Below are positions 24,233 to 36,580 of a DNA stretch of 64,000 bases, one piece after another (position 1 is the stretch's first letter; each line of letters opens with the position of its first letter). The notes under the pieces are model-generated. The model searched no databases. It was not told the origin of the DNA and was given only the letters and a program-made list of their open reading frames with translations. The stretch is from Felis catus. Taxonomy: Eukaryota. The position numbers and the translations under genes were made by a program. The DNA is taken from the NCBI RefSeq assembly GCF_018350175.1, contig NC_058368.1, positions 215,142,001-215,206,000 on the forward strand. Reading direction: 5' to 3'.

Positions 24233-24849
24233 CCACTCTTTTATACATTCATTAGTCGATGGACATTGGGCTCTTTCCATATTTGGTTTTTGCTGATAGC
24301 ACTGCTATAAACATTGGGTGCATATTCCCTTTCATATAAGCAGTTTTGTATCCTTTAGATACATGCCTAGTAGTACAATTGCTGGGTTATAGGGTAGTTC
24401 AATTTTAAATTTTTTGAGGAACCTCCGTACTGTTTTCCAGAGTGCCTGCACCAGTTTGCATTCCCACCAACAGTGCAAAAGTGTACTCTTTCTCCACATC
24501 CTTGCCAACATCTATTGTTTCCTGAGTTGTTAATTTTAGTCATTCTGACAGGTGTGAGGTGGTGTTTCACGTGATTTTGATTTGTATTTCTCTGATAATG
24601 AGTGTTGTTGAGCATCTTTTCATGTGTCTGTTAGCCATCTAGATTTTTTCTTTGGAAAAGTGTCTATTCATGTCTTCTCCCCATTTCTTCACTGGATTAT
24701 TTGTTTTTTGGGTGTTGAATTTGATAAGTTCTTTATAGATTTTGAATACTAACCCTTTATCAGATATGTAATTCGCAAATACCTTCTCCTATTCTGAAAG
24801 TTGTCTTTTAGTTTTGTTCATTGTTTCCTTCATTGTGAAGAAGGTTTTT

Positions 24850-25073
24850 TTGTTTTTTTTTTTTTAATGTTTATTTAATTTTGAGAGAGAAAGAGAGAGA
24901 CAGAACATGAGTGGGGCAGGGGCAGAGAGAGATGGAGACACAGAATCCAAAGCAGGCTCCGGACTTGGAACTGTTAGCACAGAGCCCGACGCGAGGCTCA
25001 AGCCCATGAGCTGTGAGATCATGACCTGAGCTGAAGTCAAACGCTTAACCAACTGAGCCACCCAGGCGCCCCT
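24850..25073 (-). mobile_element. Can-SINE inside L1
   Basis: TSD agaag(g/c)ttttt at 24839-24849 and 25074-25084. Confidence 0.95.
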
Positions 25074-27439
25074 AGAAGCTTTTTATCTTGAGGAAGTCCC
25101 AATAGTTCATTTTTGCATTTGTTTCCCTTGCCTTGGGAGAGATATTTGTAAGAAATTGCTACAGTATGTCAAAGAGGTTACTGTCTGTGTTCTATTCTAG
25201 ATTTTGAGGATTTCCAGGCTCACATTTAAGTCTTTCATCAATTTTGAAATCATTTTTGTGTATAGTATAAGAAAGTGGTGCAATTTCATTCTTCTGCATG
25301 TCACTGTCCAGTTTTCCCAACATTATTTGTTGAAGACACTGTCTTATTTTCTATTGGATATCCTTTCCTGCTTTGTCGAAGATTAGTTGACCATCTAATT
25401 GTGGGTCCATTTCTGGGTTTCCCGTTCTGTTCCATTGATCTCTGTGTCTGTTTTTGTGCCAGTGCTGTGTTGTCTTGATGACTACAGCTTTACAATATAA
25501 CTTGAAGTCCGGAAGTATGATGCCTCCAGCTTTGCTTTTCTTTTTCACGAGTGCTTCAGCTTTTCAGGGTCATTTGTGGTTCCATACAAATTTTAAGATT
25601 GTTTGTTCTAGCTCAGTGAAAAATGCTGTTGGTGTTGTGATTGCAGTTACATTAAGTGTGTACGTTGCTTTGGACAGTAAGGGTAATTTAACAATACTTG
25701 TTCTTCCAAACTATGAGCATGGAATGTGTCACCTTCAATTTCTTTCATAAGTGTGTCACCTTATGGTGACAAGGAATGTGTCACCTTCAATTTCTTTCAT
25801 AAGTGTCCTATAGTTTTCAGAGTACAGATCTTTTACCTCTTTGGTTAGATTTATTCCTAGGTATCTTATAGTTTTTCATAAAGTTGTAAATGGAATTGAG
25901 TCCTTGATTTCTCTTTCTGTTGTTTTATTATTGGTGCATAGAATACATAGAGTATCATATCATCTGTACATAGAGAAAAGCTTGACTTCTTCCTTGCTGA
26001 TTTGGATGCAGTTTATTTCATTTTGTTGTCTGATTGCTGGGGCTAATGCTTCTGGTACTATGTTAAGTAACAGTGGTGAAAAAGGACTTCCCTGTCTTGT
26101 TCCTGACCTTAGGGGAAAAGCTCTCAGTTTTTCCCCATTGAGGATGAAATTAGCTGTGGATCTTTCATATATGGCCTTTAGGATGTTGAGATATGTTTCC
26201 TCTATCCCTACTTTGTCGAAGGTTTGTATCCCTACTTTGTTGAAGGTTTAATGTACTTTGTTAAATGCTTTTTCTGCATCTATTGAGAGGGTCATATGTT
26301 TCTTATCCTTTCTTTTATTAATGTGGTGTATCACATTGATCGATTTATGAATATTGAACTGACCATTCAACCTAGAAATAAATCCCTCTTCATCGTGATG
26401 AATGATTCTTTTAATGTACTGTTGGATTCAATTTGCTAGTATTTTGCTGAGAAATTTTGCACCATATTTATTAGGGATATTGGCCTGTAATTTTTTTTTT
26501 TTAGTGGGGTCTTTTTCTGGTTTTGGAGTCAAGATAATGCTGTCCTTGTAGTATGAATTTGTAAGTTTTCCTTCTATTTCTATGTTTTGGAACAGCTTGC
26601 AAATAATAGGTATTAACTATTCTTTACATGTTTGGTAGAATTCCCCTGGGAAGCCACCTAGTGCTGGACTTTTGTTCAGTGATTTTTGATTACTAATTCA
26701 ATTTCCTTGTTGGTTATCAGTCTGTTCAAGTTTACTATTTCTTCCTGTTTCAGTTTTGGTAGTTTATTTGTTTTAGGAATGTATCAATTTCTTCTAGATT
26801 TATTAACTTGTTGGCATATAATTTTCATATAATATTGGAATTCAATATTTATGAATGGCATATAATATTCTCTAATAATTATTTGTATTTCTGTGGTGTT
26901 GATTATAATCTCTCCTCTCTCATTCATGATTTTATTTGTTTGGGTCCTTTCTTTTTTCTTTAAGATAAGTCTGGCTAGGTGTTTATCAATTTTATTAATT
27001 TTTTCAAAGAACCAGCTCCTGGTTTTGTTAATTTGTTTATTGGTTGTTTTGTTTGTTTGTTTGTTTCTAAATAATTGTTTTTTCTGTTATAATCTTTATT
27101 ATTTCCCTTCTTCTGCTGGCCTTAGGTTTTCTTTGTTGTTCTGTTTCCAGCTCCTTTAGGTATAAGGTTTTGTTGTGTGTTTGAGACTTTTCTTCTTTAT
27201 GTATGCCTGTATTGCTATATTCTTCTCTCCAATGATCACTTATGCTGCATACCAAACTTATGGACTGTCGTGTTTTCATTTTCATTTGTTTTCATCTATT
27301 TTTTAATTTCTTCTTTAATTTCCTGGTTGACCCATTCATTCTTTAGTAGGATTTCTTTAACTTCCATGTATTTATCTATTTATGAGCACTTTATGATTCC
27401 ATTTTATCTTTTAACTTTTTTATGTCACTTATTATTTTT

Positions 27440-27800
27440 TTATCTTTTTCTTTTATTCTCCTCTGCAACCACCCGTTTCTTCTCTGGACTTATGATTGTG
27501 TTTCTATATTGTTGTTGTTTGTTTTGTTTTTAAAATCCACATATAAGTGAAATCATATGGTATTTGTCTTTCTCTGTATGACTTATTTCACTTAGCATAA
27601 TACCCTCTAGGTTCATCCATACTGCTGAAAATGCCAAGATCTACTTATTTTTCATGGCTGAGTATATTCATTATATGTATGTACCAAATCTTTATCCATT
27701 CATCTATCGATGGCTACTTAGGTTGCTTCCATATTTTGGCTATTATAAATAATGCTTTAACAAACATAAGGGTGTCTGTATCTTTTCTAACTAATGTTTT
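27440..27800 (-). mobile_element. LINE-1 3' end fragment
   Basis: ccacatataagtgaaatcatatggtatttgtctttctctg...ttatccattcatctatcgatggctacttaggttgcttcc. Confidence 0.88.
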
Positions 27801-27841
27801 CTCTCTCCCTTCTTCCCTCCCTGGCTCTTCCTTTCTTCCAA

Positions 27842-27843
<2 letters not shown>

Positions 27844-27893
<50 letters not shown>

Positions 27894-27907
27894 CACACAC
27901 ACACACA
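27844..27907. repeat. (CA)n microsatellite, one interruption
   Basis: Directly visible. Confidence 0.97.
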
Positions 27908-29289
27908 TATAAGGTGTAAACTACTTTGTTTCTAAATTCTGTCTGGTAGGTGTTTAAACATTGACTCTGGTACTGTGATATTTTTTAGGGTTTAATTCTG
28001 ATGGTGCTAACTCTGCTTACTGCTCCCACCAGCTCTTTTAGATTTAGAAGCATGAATATGTGATGCAACTATATATGAAAATACTAGGGAAGGGGATATA
28101 GGTCAAATGTTTTCATATATTTGGTAAAAAAAATCTGTCATGAGTAACATTAGTTCTTTTGGTATACTCTAGACTGCCTTTCCTTGAATATTTTTACTCC
28201 TAGGTATTTTGATAGTTAAAAACTATACAGCTTTCCTTTATCTACATTCCTCAAAAAATATTTAAAATTCCTATCCTATAGATTGCAAATCAGTGACCTC
28301 TGTTCACTTGCAGTGATCATAATATAAATATAATTATAATCTACTCCATTTATATTAGGCTTGAGTACAATACTCCCAACAAAAATATCTGCAAAATCAA
28401 CACATCAAAGTTCATTTTTTTATTAAAATAAGGCATTCTTTAAGAGTAACTAGTGCCTCCAAAGAATAAAATGGAGATTTTTAAATGTATGATTAAAATG
28501 GAAGTCCAAAAAGATTACATTCTTTATCTATTCATTCTCCACAGGGTACATAACTCCATAAGAATAAAACAAATGCTTTTTTAGAGGTGAAAGGCTTCAA
28601 TACAGAAAGAAATGCTTATCCTAACACATTGTGTTTTTTTTTTACCATCACATTTTCTTGACATATAGAAGACTTATATTTCCTATTATGTTTCAATAAT
28701 AAGCTTCTTTTGATGAAAAAAAATATATTTTGTCACTGAAAGCTCTATTGAATACAAATATAGAACACAGAAATATTCTGAAACTAAAATGTATTGAAAA
28801 TAAAGGAGAAAAAGATTGAAAAATATGGTATTTTAATGTAATAGCTTATTTTGCATATTAAGTGTATCTTAATATGCTAGTATTAATACTAGCGTGTCTT
28901 TTTTGTTAAACATTGTAAATTTAATAATAATTGTCAAATATGTTGGCTCTTCAATATTCTTATTGCACTTACTTAAACATATGCTATATCTCTACTCTGG
29001 CATATTCTAATAATTTTCTCATCATCTGCACATCCTTTTTTCTCTCTCATCAAAATGTATACTCCCATTACACACACAGTCAACATTTTATGTGTGTACA
29101 GCTAAAGAACAACATCATAATTGGAAATATTTTGTTTCATTGTTGTTTCTTAGAAATGGTTCATTCAATTTATCTATATATTTATTAATTTTAATGCTAC
29201 TATTACATTTATCTTTCAGTGCTAATTCTAAAATTATTTTATGTGTTTTTCCTTTGGGTTTACTTTTCTTCCAGGTGAAGTGAATTTAT

Positions 29290-29765
29290 TTATTTTTTTA
29301 ATGAGAGATTATGTACTGTAAGGTTTCAGATTTTATATATCTTCAAGTGTCATTATTTTGACTGTCTGGAAGGTAGGCTAGCTGGGTATAGAATTTTGGA
29401 CTAGCCACTATTTTTCTTCTACAGTTCTAAACTTATTACTTAATAATCTTCTGGTCCTATTTCTTTGGAAAAGTTAGTAAATTTATTCATTTGTCAGTAT
29501 TCTGTATACTTTTCTGTATCTTTTTTTTTAGTATAATAAAGTTTCGTTAGGATTTCTGTAGGTGAGCACTAATTTTTTTATTCATTCTGCTAGCTAATTA
29601 GAGTTTGCTTCAAATGGGAAGACTTTTCTATAATTCTGGGAATTTCTAAGCAATACCTTTTTCAAGTATTGCTACTGCTGCTGTATTCCTCCCTTTGTCT
29701 TATTTCTGGAATTCCTGTTAGATGACTGTTGAATACTCTATGCACCTATTTTCTTGTTAATCTTT

Positions 29766-29807
<42 letters not shown>

Positions 29808-29960
29808 ATCCTGGTGTATAATTCTGGTGGAGTTGCTCAATATTATATATTAACTCATTTAGCCTCCCATTGATATCTAACAGATAGATTATTTCAATTC
29901 TAAATTCTCTATTTAAATTGTGTATCTTTTTTTTAATTTTGGAAATTTTATCACCCTCTT
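29290..29960 (-). mobile_element. Ancient L1M ORF1-region remnant containing (CA)n at 29769-29803
   Basis: gctgggtatagaattttggact...aattctgggaatttctaagcaata...ttctggaattcctgttagatg typical of old L1 in reverse. Confidence 0.6.
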
Positions 29961-30239
29961 TTACAGAAGCCAAAAAACTTTACAAAGGTTTAAAATGACT
30001 AAGTTTGCTTTGGTTCTAAAACTAATTTTAAATATAAATGGTGACTACTTAAAATACCTGAACAGTTCTGTAAAAGCCTACTATGTAATAATGAGCCATT
30101 GCAATCCTGTTGTTTAATGCAATTATAAGAGAAACGAAAGAAAAAGAAAAAAATCAGAAACTGAGTCTTTTACAAAGATCCCTAGAGATAGTAACTTCCT
30201 CCTTTGTTTTTTTTGTTGTTGTTGTTCTGTTTTTTAAAG

Positions 30240-31330
30240 TTTGTTTTCTGCTTTATTGAGATATAACTGAAAATTAGAGTTGTGAGATATTCAAAGTTTA
30301 TTACGATAATTTGATACACATATACATTGTGAAAGGATTCCTCCCTTTTAGTTAATTAATGTATCCATCATCTCATATACCTCATGAGCATTTTTAAGTT
30401 GTACTTTCATCACATTTCAATTATACAATATGGCGTTATCAATTACAGTCACCACGTTATACGTTAGATCCTCAGAACTTACAGTTAAAAGTTTGTACCT
30501 TTTTACCAACCTCCCCCTAATTCCTCCACTCCAGGCCTGGCAATCACTATTTTACTTTCTGTATCTGTGAATTTGTTTTGTTTTTAGTTTCCTCATTTAT
30601 GTGATACCAGGCCATGTTTGTCTTTCTCCATTCGGCTGATTCACTAAGTATAATGCCTTCAATATGCATCCATGTTGTTACAAACTGCAGAATTCCCTGC
30701 AGTTTAGGTGAATTTCTTGTGGTTGAATAATTTTCCAGTGTACATAGAAACCACAACTTCTTTATGTATTCATGGACACTTAAGTAGTTTCCATTTCTTG
30801 GCTACTGTGAATGATGCTGCAATAAACATGGGAGTTATATATTTCTTTGATATTCCATTTTCATCTCTGTTGAGCATATACCCAGAAGTAGAATTGTTGG
30901 ATCTCATGGCAGTTACTCTTTTTTTAATTTTTTGAAGCAGTTCCTATTGTTTTCCACAGTGCCTGAACTAATTTACATTCCCACTAACAGTGTAGAAGGC
31001 TTCCCTTTTGTCCACATCCTTGCCAACAATGATCTCTTACCTTCTTTAGGATAGCCATTCTAAGGGGTGTGAGAGAATATCTCAGTGTGGTTTTGATTTG
31101 CATTTCTCTGATGATTAGTGATGCTGAGCATCTTTTCATGTACTGGTTGGCCATTTGGATGTTTTCTTTGAAAAAAATACGTATATAGTTTCTCAGTCCA
31201 TCTTTTTAATGGATTGTTGTTGCTGTTGTTGTTGTTGTTTTTGTTGCTATAGAGTTGTAAGAGTTCTTCGTATATTTTGGATATTAACCCCTTATCTGAT
31301 ATATGGTTTGCAAATATTTTCTCCCATTCT
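30240..31330 (-). mobile_element. Old L1 3' end (L1MA-like)
   Basis: gctttattgagatataactga...aatttacattcccactaacagtgtagaaggcttccc...gtggttttgatttgcatttctctgatgattagtgatg...tttgcaaatattttctcccattc. Confidence 0.9.
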
Positions 31331-31510
31331 GAGGTCCATATCCAGTTTGTCTGGCCCTAAAATTTGAGATGTTAACCATTATGCTAACCTATGTCAGAAT
31401 CTGGTTACTTGTTGTTGTCAGGCTTACTTTATGTTCAAGTGTTGTTTATGAAAGGCACTATGGGAGAATATGAAGAAAACCAAATTTGGAGTCAGATTAC
31501 ATAGTATAAA

Positions 31511-31665
31511 GCAGTAGTTTTTAACTCTGTTGTCAGTATAACATCTAGAGCTTTAAATAAATCATAATCTCTAGGTCTCATCTCCAAAGATTCTGGTTTA
31601 ATTAATCTAGGGCAGGGCATGCACATTTTATACATGCAGAACAATCCAGGTGGTTGTGAAATGCT
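31511..31665. mobile_element. MER5A-like hAT DNA transposon remnant
   Basis: cagtagtttttaact...ccaaagattctggtttaattaatctagggcaggg...ccaggtggttgtgaaatgc. Confidence 0.65.
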
Positions 31666-31699
31666 AATGGGTATGAAAAGTGGTGGAATAATGGAAAAT

Positions 31700-31880
31700 A
31701 CCATAGGTGTAAATGTTTGTCCCTACTAATTAAGAGATTTTAGATCTTGGGATAACAATCCTGGAAAGCATGAGGTTTTCAATGTGTGAAATGGAGAAGA
31801 TCAAAATCTGTTATATTACCTCACCTGTTTTAGTTAACAAATAAATGAAGTAATGTATTTACAGTGCATTTTATCAATTA
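31700..31880 (+). mobile_element. MIR remnant
   Basis: tcttgggataac...gttttcaatgtgtgaaatggaga...tacctcac...taaatgaagtaatgtatttacagtgc. Confidence 0.55.
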
Positions 31881-33788
31881 TTACATACATACAAATAAGC
31901 TGTTGGTCTTAAATAGCCTCTAGATTTCTTTATCATGAAATATCAGTGTTGCTTCCAATTATGTAATTCTAAAGCAACAATATATAACACTCAAAACACT
32001 GTCACAAAAGATCAAAACCATATTGAAACAAGGTGAATTTTAGCTCTGTTAGACATTCCTCCCTACATCTTCTACATAAATATTGCAATAGCCCCTGTTG
32101 TGGTCATGCTTTTGAAACCCTTTCCTTGTGCTTTATGCAGCAGACAAGATTTATCTTGCAGTGTGATGCTTCCACATATAAAATACATTTCATAGAAGTG
32201 AAGGGGAGATAGTCATGTAATAAGTGAGTGTGGTGGTTATTCTTAAACTTACCTGCTGTGATTATGTGGTGAAAATTCTAAATGTGACTCTGAAAATGTC
32301 AATGTCGTAGTGCTTATCACATATATACACTCATTTTTGTCAATGATTGACAAGTAGGGCACATTGCTAAGAGAAAATTGCTAAGGAATACCTATCTTTT
32401 TAATGAACTTTTAGGTGATATTACTCTTAAGGAGTGGGTAGGTTTTTTTTTAATATATTTTAACCAATCAACTCTTTCATTTTTAGCATTTCTATTTCTT
32501 TCCCTAATTTAGCCTTAATATAATTTATAAACAAGTTTTCAATACAGATAAAATCAATGCTATAATCTTTCCTCTTCCTTGGTCCATTGGACAAACTGTT
32601 CCTAATTTTTGAGCAAAAAACCCCAAAGACCTTACATTCATGAGGTAATGCAATAATTTCAGTAATATATGTTTTGTTATATATGGATTCACTAGAAAAG
32701 ACTATAGATGTCTGTCCATCTGCACTCAATTACAGTGATTTTATCTCTTGGTACAATCAAGTTAGAGGGTGTTCCACTTGTATTTAGAGAGCCACCATTA
32801 CAGATGATGGAACTGGCTTTATTTAAATGTAAAATCTGTAGGTATATAATTATCCATGTCACTCTTTTGACAGGAAAGAGATACATCACGTGTAATTTAG
32901 AATTTAAATGAGCCAAATTTCTCAGCAACTCATCTCCACCTATATCTAGCTCTTTGAATTTGGGGGAGAACAACCTACTCTCTCTGCATTACTTTCCAAA
33001 TGCATCAGCTGAAATATTTTGCAGAGCAGCCTAAAAGAAGATGAGAGGTGTCATCAACGTGGTTTCTGCTTCTACCACCAGTTCACTATGTGTGGTACTT
33101 CATGGTGAAGTTTACTGCTTTTATCATCCGATCCTCAGTTCTGGATGTGTTGTTCAAGACTGGCCTTTGATTTCATGGCATAACAATTGCCAATGTCAAA
33201 ACACTTTTTCCCTAATTTTGAAAATACATTTTCCCTTGGTCTATAGCCATATGCTCTTCTTGAGGCTAACTCAAGAAATTTCCTTAGCAATCTGATAGCT
33301 TTTTGAGCTCATTTTATTAATGTGCTCCATTAAATATGTCAAGTACATCATACCATTGGTTTATCAGAAATGTGGACTTCTGGTTTGCTTTCATGCTCAA
33401 TTCATTGAAGAATGGTTGGAGGTGTTGCTGTTGTTGTTTTGTTTTGCTTTATAAAATGTGCTGATCATAACATTTTAGATGACTGCACGAATCATGTTTG
33501 ACTAAACTGAAAAGCAAATGGAAGATGGCAACAAACACATGAACATTTTGACAACAAGATGCTCCCTGTGTTAAGCTATTGCCTATGTAAATTTTTCTTC
33601 TTTGGCAGTATGATTCTGTTCAGTTTTAAATTATAGTACTCTAGAATTTTACAGTTGACATGGGACTTTGAAACCTTATTTTTAACAGTAAGGAGCCCAA
33701 TAGTGGAGAAAGAGTATGCAATCCACATTAAAAAAAACAAAATACTGTCAACCAGTAATAGACTCAGGACTGATACTCAGATCTTCTT

Positions 33789-34009
33789 TTTAAAAAATTT
33801 TTTTTAATGTTTATTTATTTTTGAGACAGAGAGAGACAGAGCATGAACGGGGGAGGGTCAGAGAGAGAGGGAGACACAGAATCTGAAGCAGGCTCCAGGC
33901 TCTGAGCTGTCAGCACGGAGCCCGACGCGGGGCTCAAACTCACGGATCGTGAGATCATGACCTGAGCCGAAGTCGGACGCCTAACCGACTGAGCCACCCA
34001 GGCGCCACA
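33789..34009 (-). mobile_element. Young Can-SINE (CpGs retained) inserted in a MIR remnant
   Basis: cacggagcccgacgcggggctc...gccgaagtcggacgc; TSD agatcttctt at 33779-33788 and 34010-34019. Confidence 0.96.
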
Positions 34010-35087
34010 AGATCTTCTTATATTCATAGTTTAACTGCTTAAACTTTAAGCTACCCAGCCAGATAATCTACTTTAAAGACATATATAAGACTACCTATTT
34101 CATAGTGACTAAAATTTTACATTTAATTCGTTTGTTGCTGTTGCATAGCACACATACAAAAATCAAATCAAACAAACAAACAAGTACTGTGCTAGAAAAT
34201 ACTAACGTTTGGTTCAGGGCAAATGTTTTTTATTTTCTATTCCATCTAAAATAAACATTAACTTTGCTATATTTTGTTTCAATGGCATGTTTTTAACACA
34301 TCAATAAAATTTTATTTAATTTATGTGCCACAGCTGTCAACTACATGCAAATCCTGTTAGTGCAGTGATATGGAAACCTTTCCCTGAAATCTTGTTAAAA
34401 ACACCTCTGGGAATTCATATTCATATCCATTTAAGAGAGTGGATGAACAGAATCTGCCTAACGTAATTGAGGGAAAAAAATCAATAAGATTCTCTTATCA
34501 ACTGTCCTCATTGCCTTCTGGTTATACACAGCAAGTGCAAAGAAGGAACCATTTCTAGTCTTTAATTTATTCTCTTTATTTTCAAAATTGCGTTTTAGTT
34601 CTTCTAGAAAGTAAAGAAAAGGTGAATGAATATTCTATGAATTTTGGATACAGATTCATTACTTCATTACTTGAAGGTTAGGTTAGCCATCTTTTTCCTA
34701 TATATCAGCCATTTAAAAGTTATCTTAAAGATGAGGTGGTAAAACAAACCTCTTATTTGATGGGATTCTGGAGTTTAGAGAGAGTAGGTCATTACTCAAT
34801 GCTGCTCAGTGGGAGAGAAAGGCAAGACTTTAACCCAGGGACCTGACCATTCAATGTCCTCTTTCTCGTGTACTCTTTGAAGACACAAATGTCTTGTTGA
34901 CACACGTATCTTTGATCCATTCAGAAATAATTTATCACATAATAACTAACATTATTGATTTAAGTTGAAAGTATTTGTTGATTAAAAATGGGCAACTATG
35001 TTTTTAAAAATGAGAACACTTTTAAAAACAAATTCCAGTGACATCAAATTGATATCCTGTTGTTTAAAATTCAACAAATATTATTAT

Positions 35088-35430
35088 CATCTTAGTTTGG
35101 GTTGCTATAATAAACTGAGTAGCTTATCATTAAAGGAAATTTATTTTTCACGGTTCTGGAGGCTGGGAATTCCAAGATCAAGGCACAGGCTGATTCGGTG
35201 TCTGGTGAGAACTCTCTTCCTGGTTGCAGGAACCATCTTCTTGTTATGTCCTCAGCAGAAAGCAGTTAGCTCTCTGGTCTCTTATTATAAGGACACTAAT
35301 TCTATTCATGAGGGCTTCACCCTTAGGACCTAATTGTCTCCTAAAGGCCTGGCCTCTGAAGACAATCACGTTGGGATTAGAGTTTCAATATATGAATTTG
35401 GGGGGAGACACAAATATTCAGTCCATAACA
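35088..35430 (-). mobile_element. MLT1A-like solo LTR, near complete
   Basis: tcttagtttgggttgctataa...cacggttctggaggctgggaattccaagatcaagg...tataaggacactaat...tgaatttggggggagacacaaatattcagtccataaca. Confidence 0.9.
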
Positions 35431-36371
35431 TTATGGACAGAGCTGCAGGTTAAACTTGTTCTTTCCTACCCCACCTTGAAATTATTTGCATAATCATTTA
35501 GAGAGAGGCACAGCCAGCAAATACCTATGAGGAATCAAATAGCTTCGCTCAGAAGCACAGGTGCTCTGGCACTACAGGACAGAAGGAAGTTTCAGGCGGT
35601 TGAACCAAAACAGGAGAGATACTAATTATTTAAGCTGAAAGCTACATAAATTGCATCTATAGATGCAAGTAAAGGTACATGTAATTATACTAAATTAAAA
35701 TATTTGGAATATTTAGAATTTTCTTTGGCTACATTGATAATCCCTAGCCAAATAATGAGTTAAATGATCTATTTGGAATGTAAAGTAATGCAATTATAAT
35801 AGCAAACATTTAGCCAAAGAGAAATTCAAATTTTAGACATAAGATTTGTAAATCAGTTTTAGATGCCTCCAAAATGCTTTGATTCTCTGTCTCTTTGACG
35901 CCAAAATAGCCGATAAATTTCCCAAATGCAGAATCAAAGTTGAGCAAACAGTTTTGGGAGCAGGGTCTAAAACTGTTGTAGTGGTAGAAAAAAAAGAATA
36001 TCTTTAACTAACGTAAATATTGCTCAATTACAATCTTTTGATTATAGTGCCACTCAAAGACAGAAAACATATTCTTGTGGACACAACCCTGCGAAGTGAT
36101 GTCTCCTGGTATACTTTCTGATAGCTTTACTTAGTTACTTGAAATAGTCACTGTCTTCAAATAGATGCATTTCATTTCAGATCACTTAATTTTCACAATA
36201 TTCTTAAGAAAACAATGTGAAACCCTTGACCCTTGAAATGAGTATATTATTTCTGTATATCAGATTGAAATAGATTAATTTATTCATGACAGCAAATATA
36301 GTTTTAAAGTTGTAATCCAGAATTGGAAAATCCTAAGTGCATGTCTATTAATTAAAAAAAATAAATAAATA

Positions 36372-36580
36372 GGGGTGTCTGGGTAGCTCAGTTGGTTAGG
36401 GGTCCTACTTCGGCTCAGGTCATGATCTTATGGTTTGTGAGTTCGGGCCCCGCATTGGGCTCTGTGTTGACAGCTCAGAGCCTGGAGCCTCCTTCAGATT
36501 TTGTGTCTCCCTCTCCCTCTGCCCCTCTTCCACTCCTGCTGTCTCCATCTCTCATAAATAACTAAACTTAAAAATTTAAA
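36372..36580 (+). mobile_element. Can-SINE
   Basis: ggggtgtctgggtagctcagttggttag head, gagttcgggccc B-box-like motif; flanked by aaataaataaat on both sides. Confidence 0.94.

Larger units (their letters stand above)
23815..27370 (-). mobile_element. Carnivore LINE-1 fragment, ~3.5 kb including insertions, of disrupted ORF2 to 3' UTR
   Basis: Minus-strand peptides [79 protein letters not shown]; degenerate RT motif SLCTDDMIL (canonical SLFADDMIL) near 25950-25976. Confidence 0.95.

Noticed and set aside
23902..24310. YI/CV-rich ORFs (also 56541-56856)
   Set aside because: They are translations of (TA/TG/CA)n microsatellites.
32253..32289. Minus-strand exon ending at a perfect CAG|GTAAGT donor
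   Set aside because: Weak polypyrimidine tract, stops in two of three frames, unrecognised peptide.
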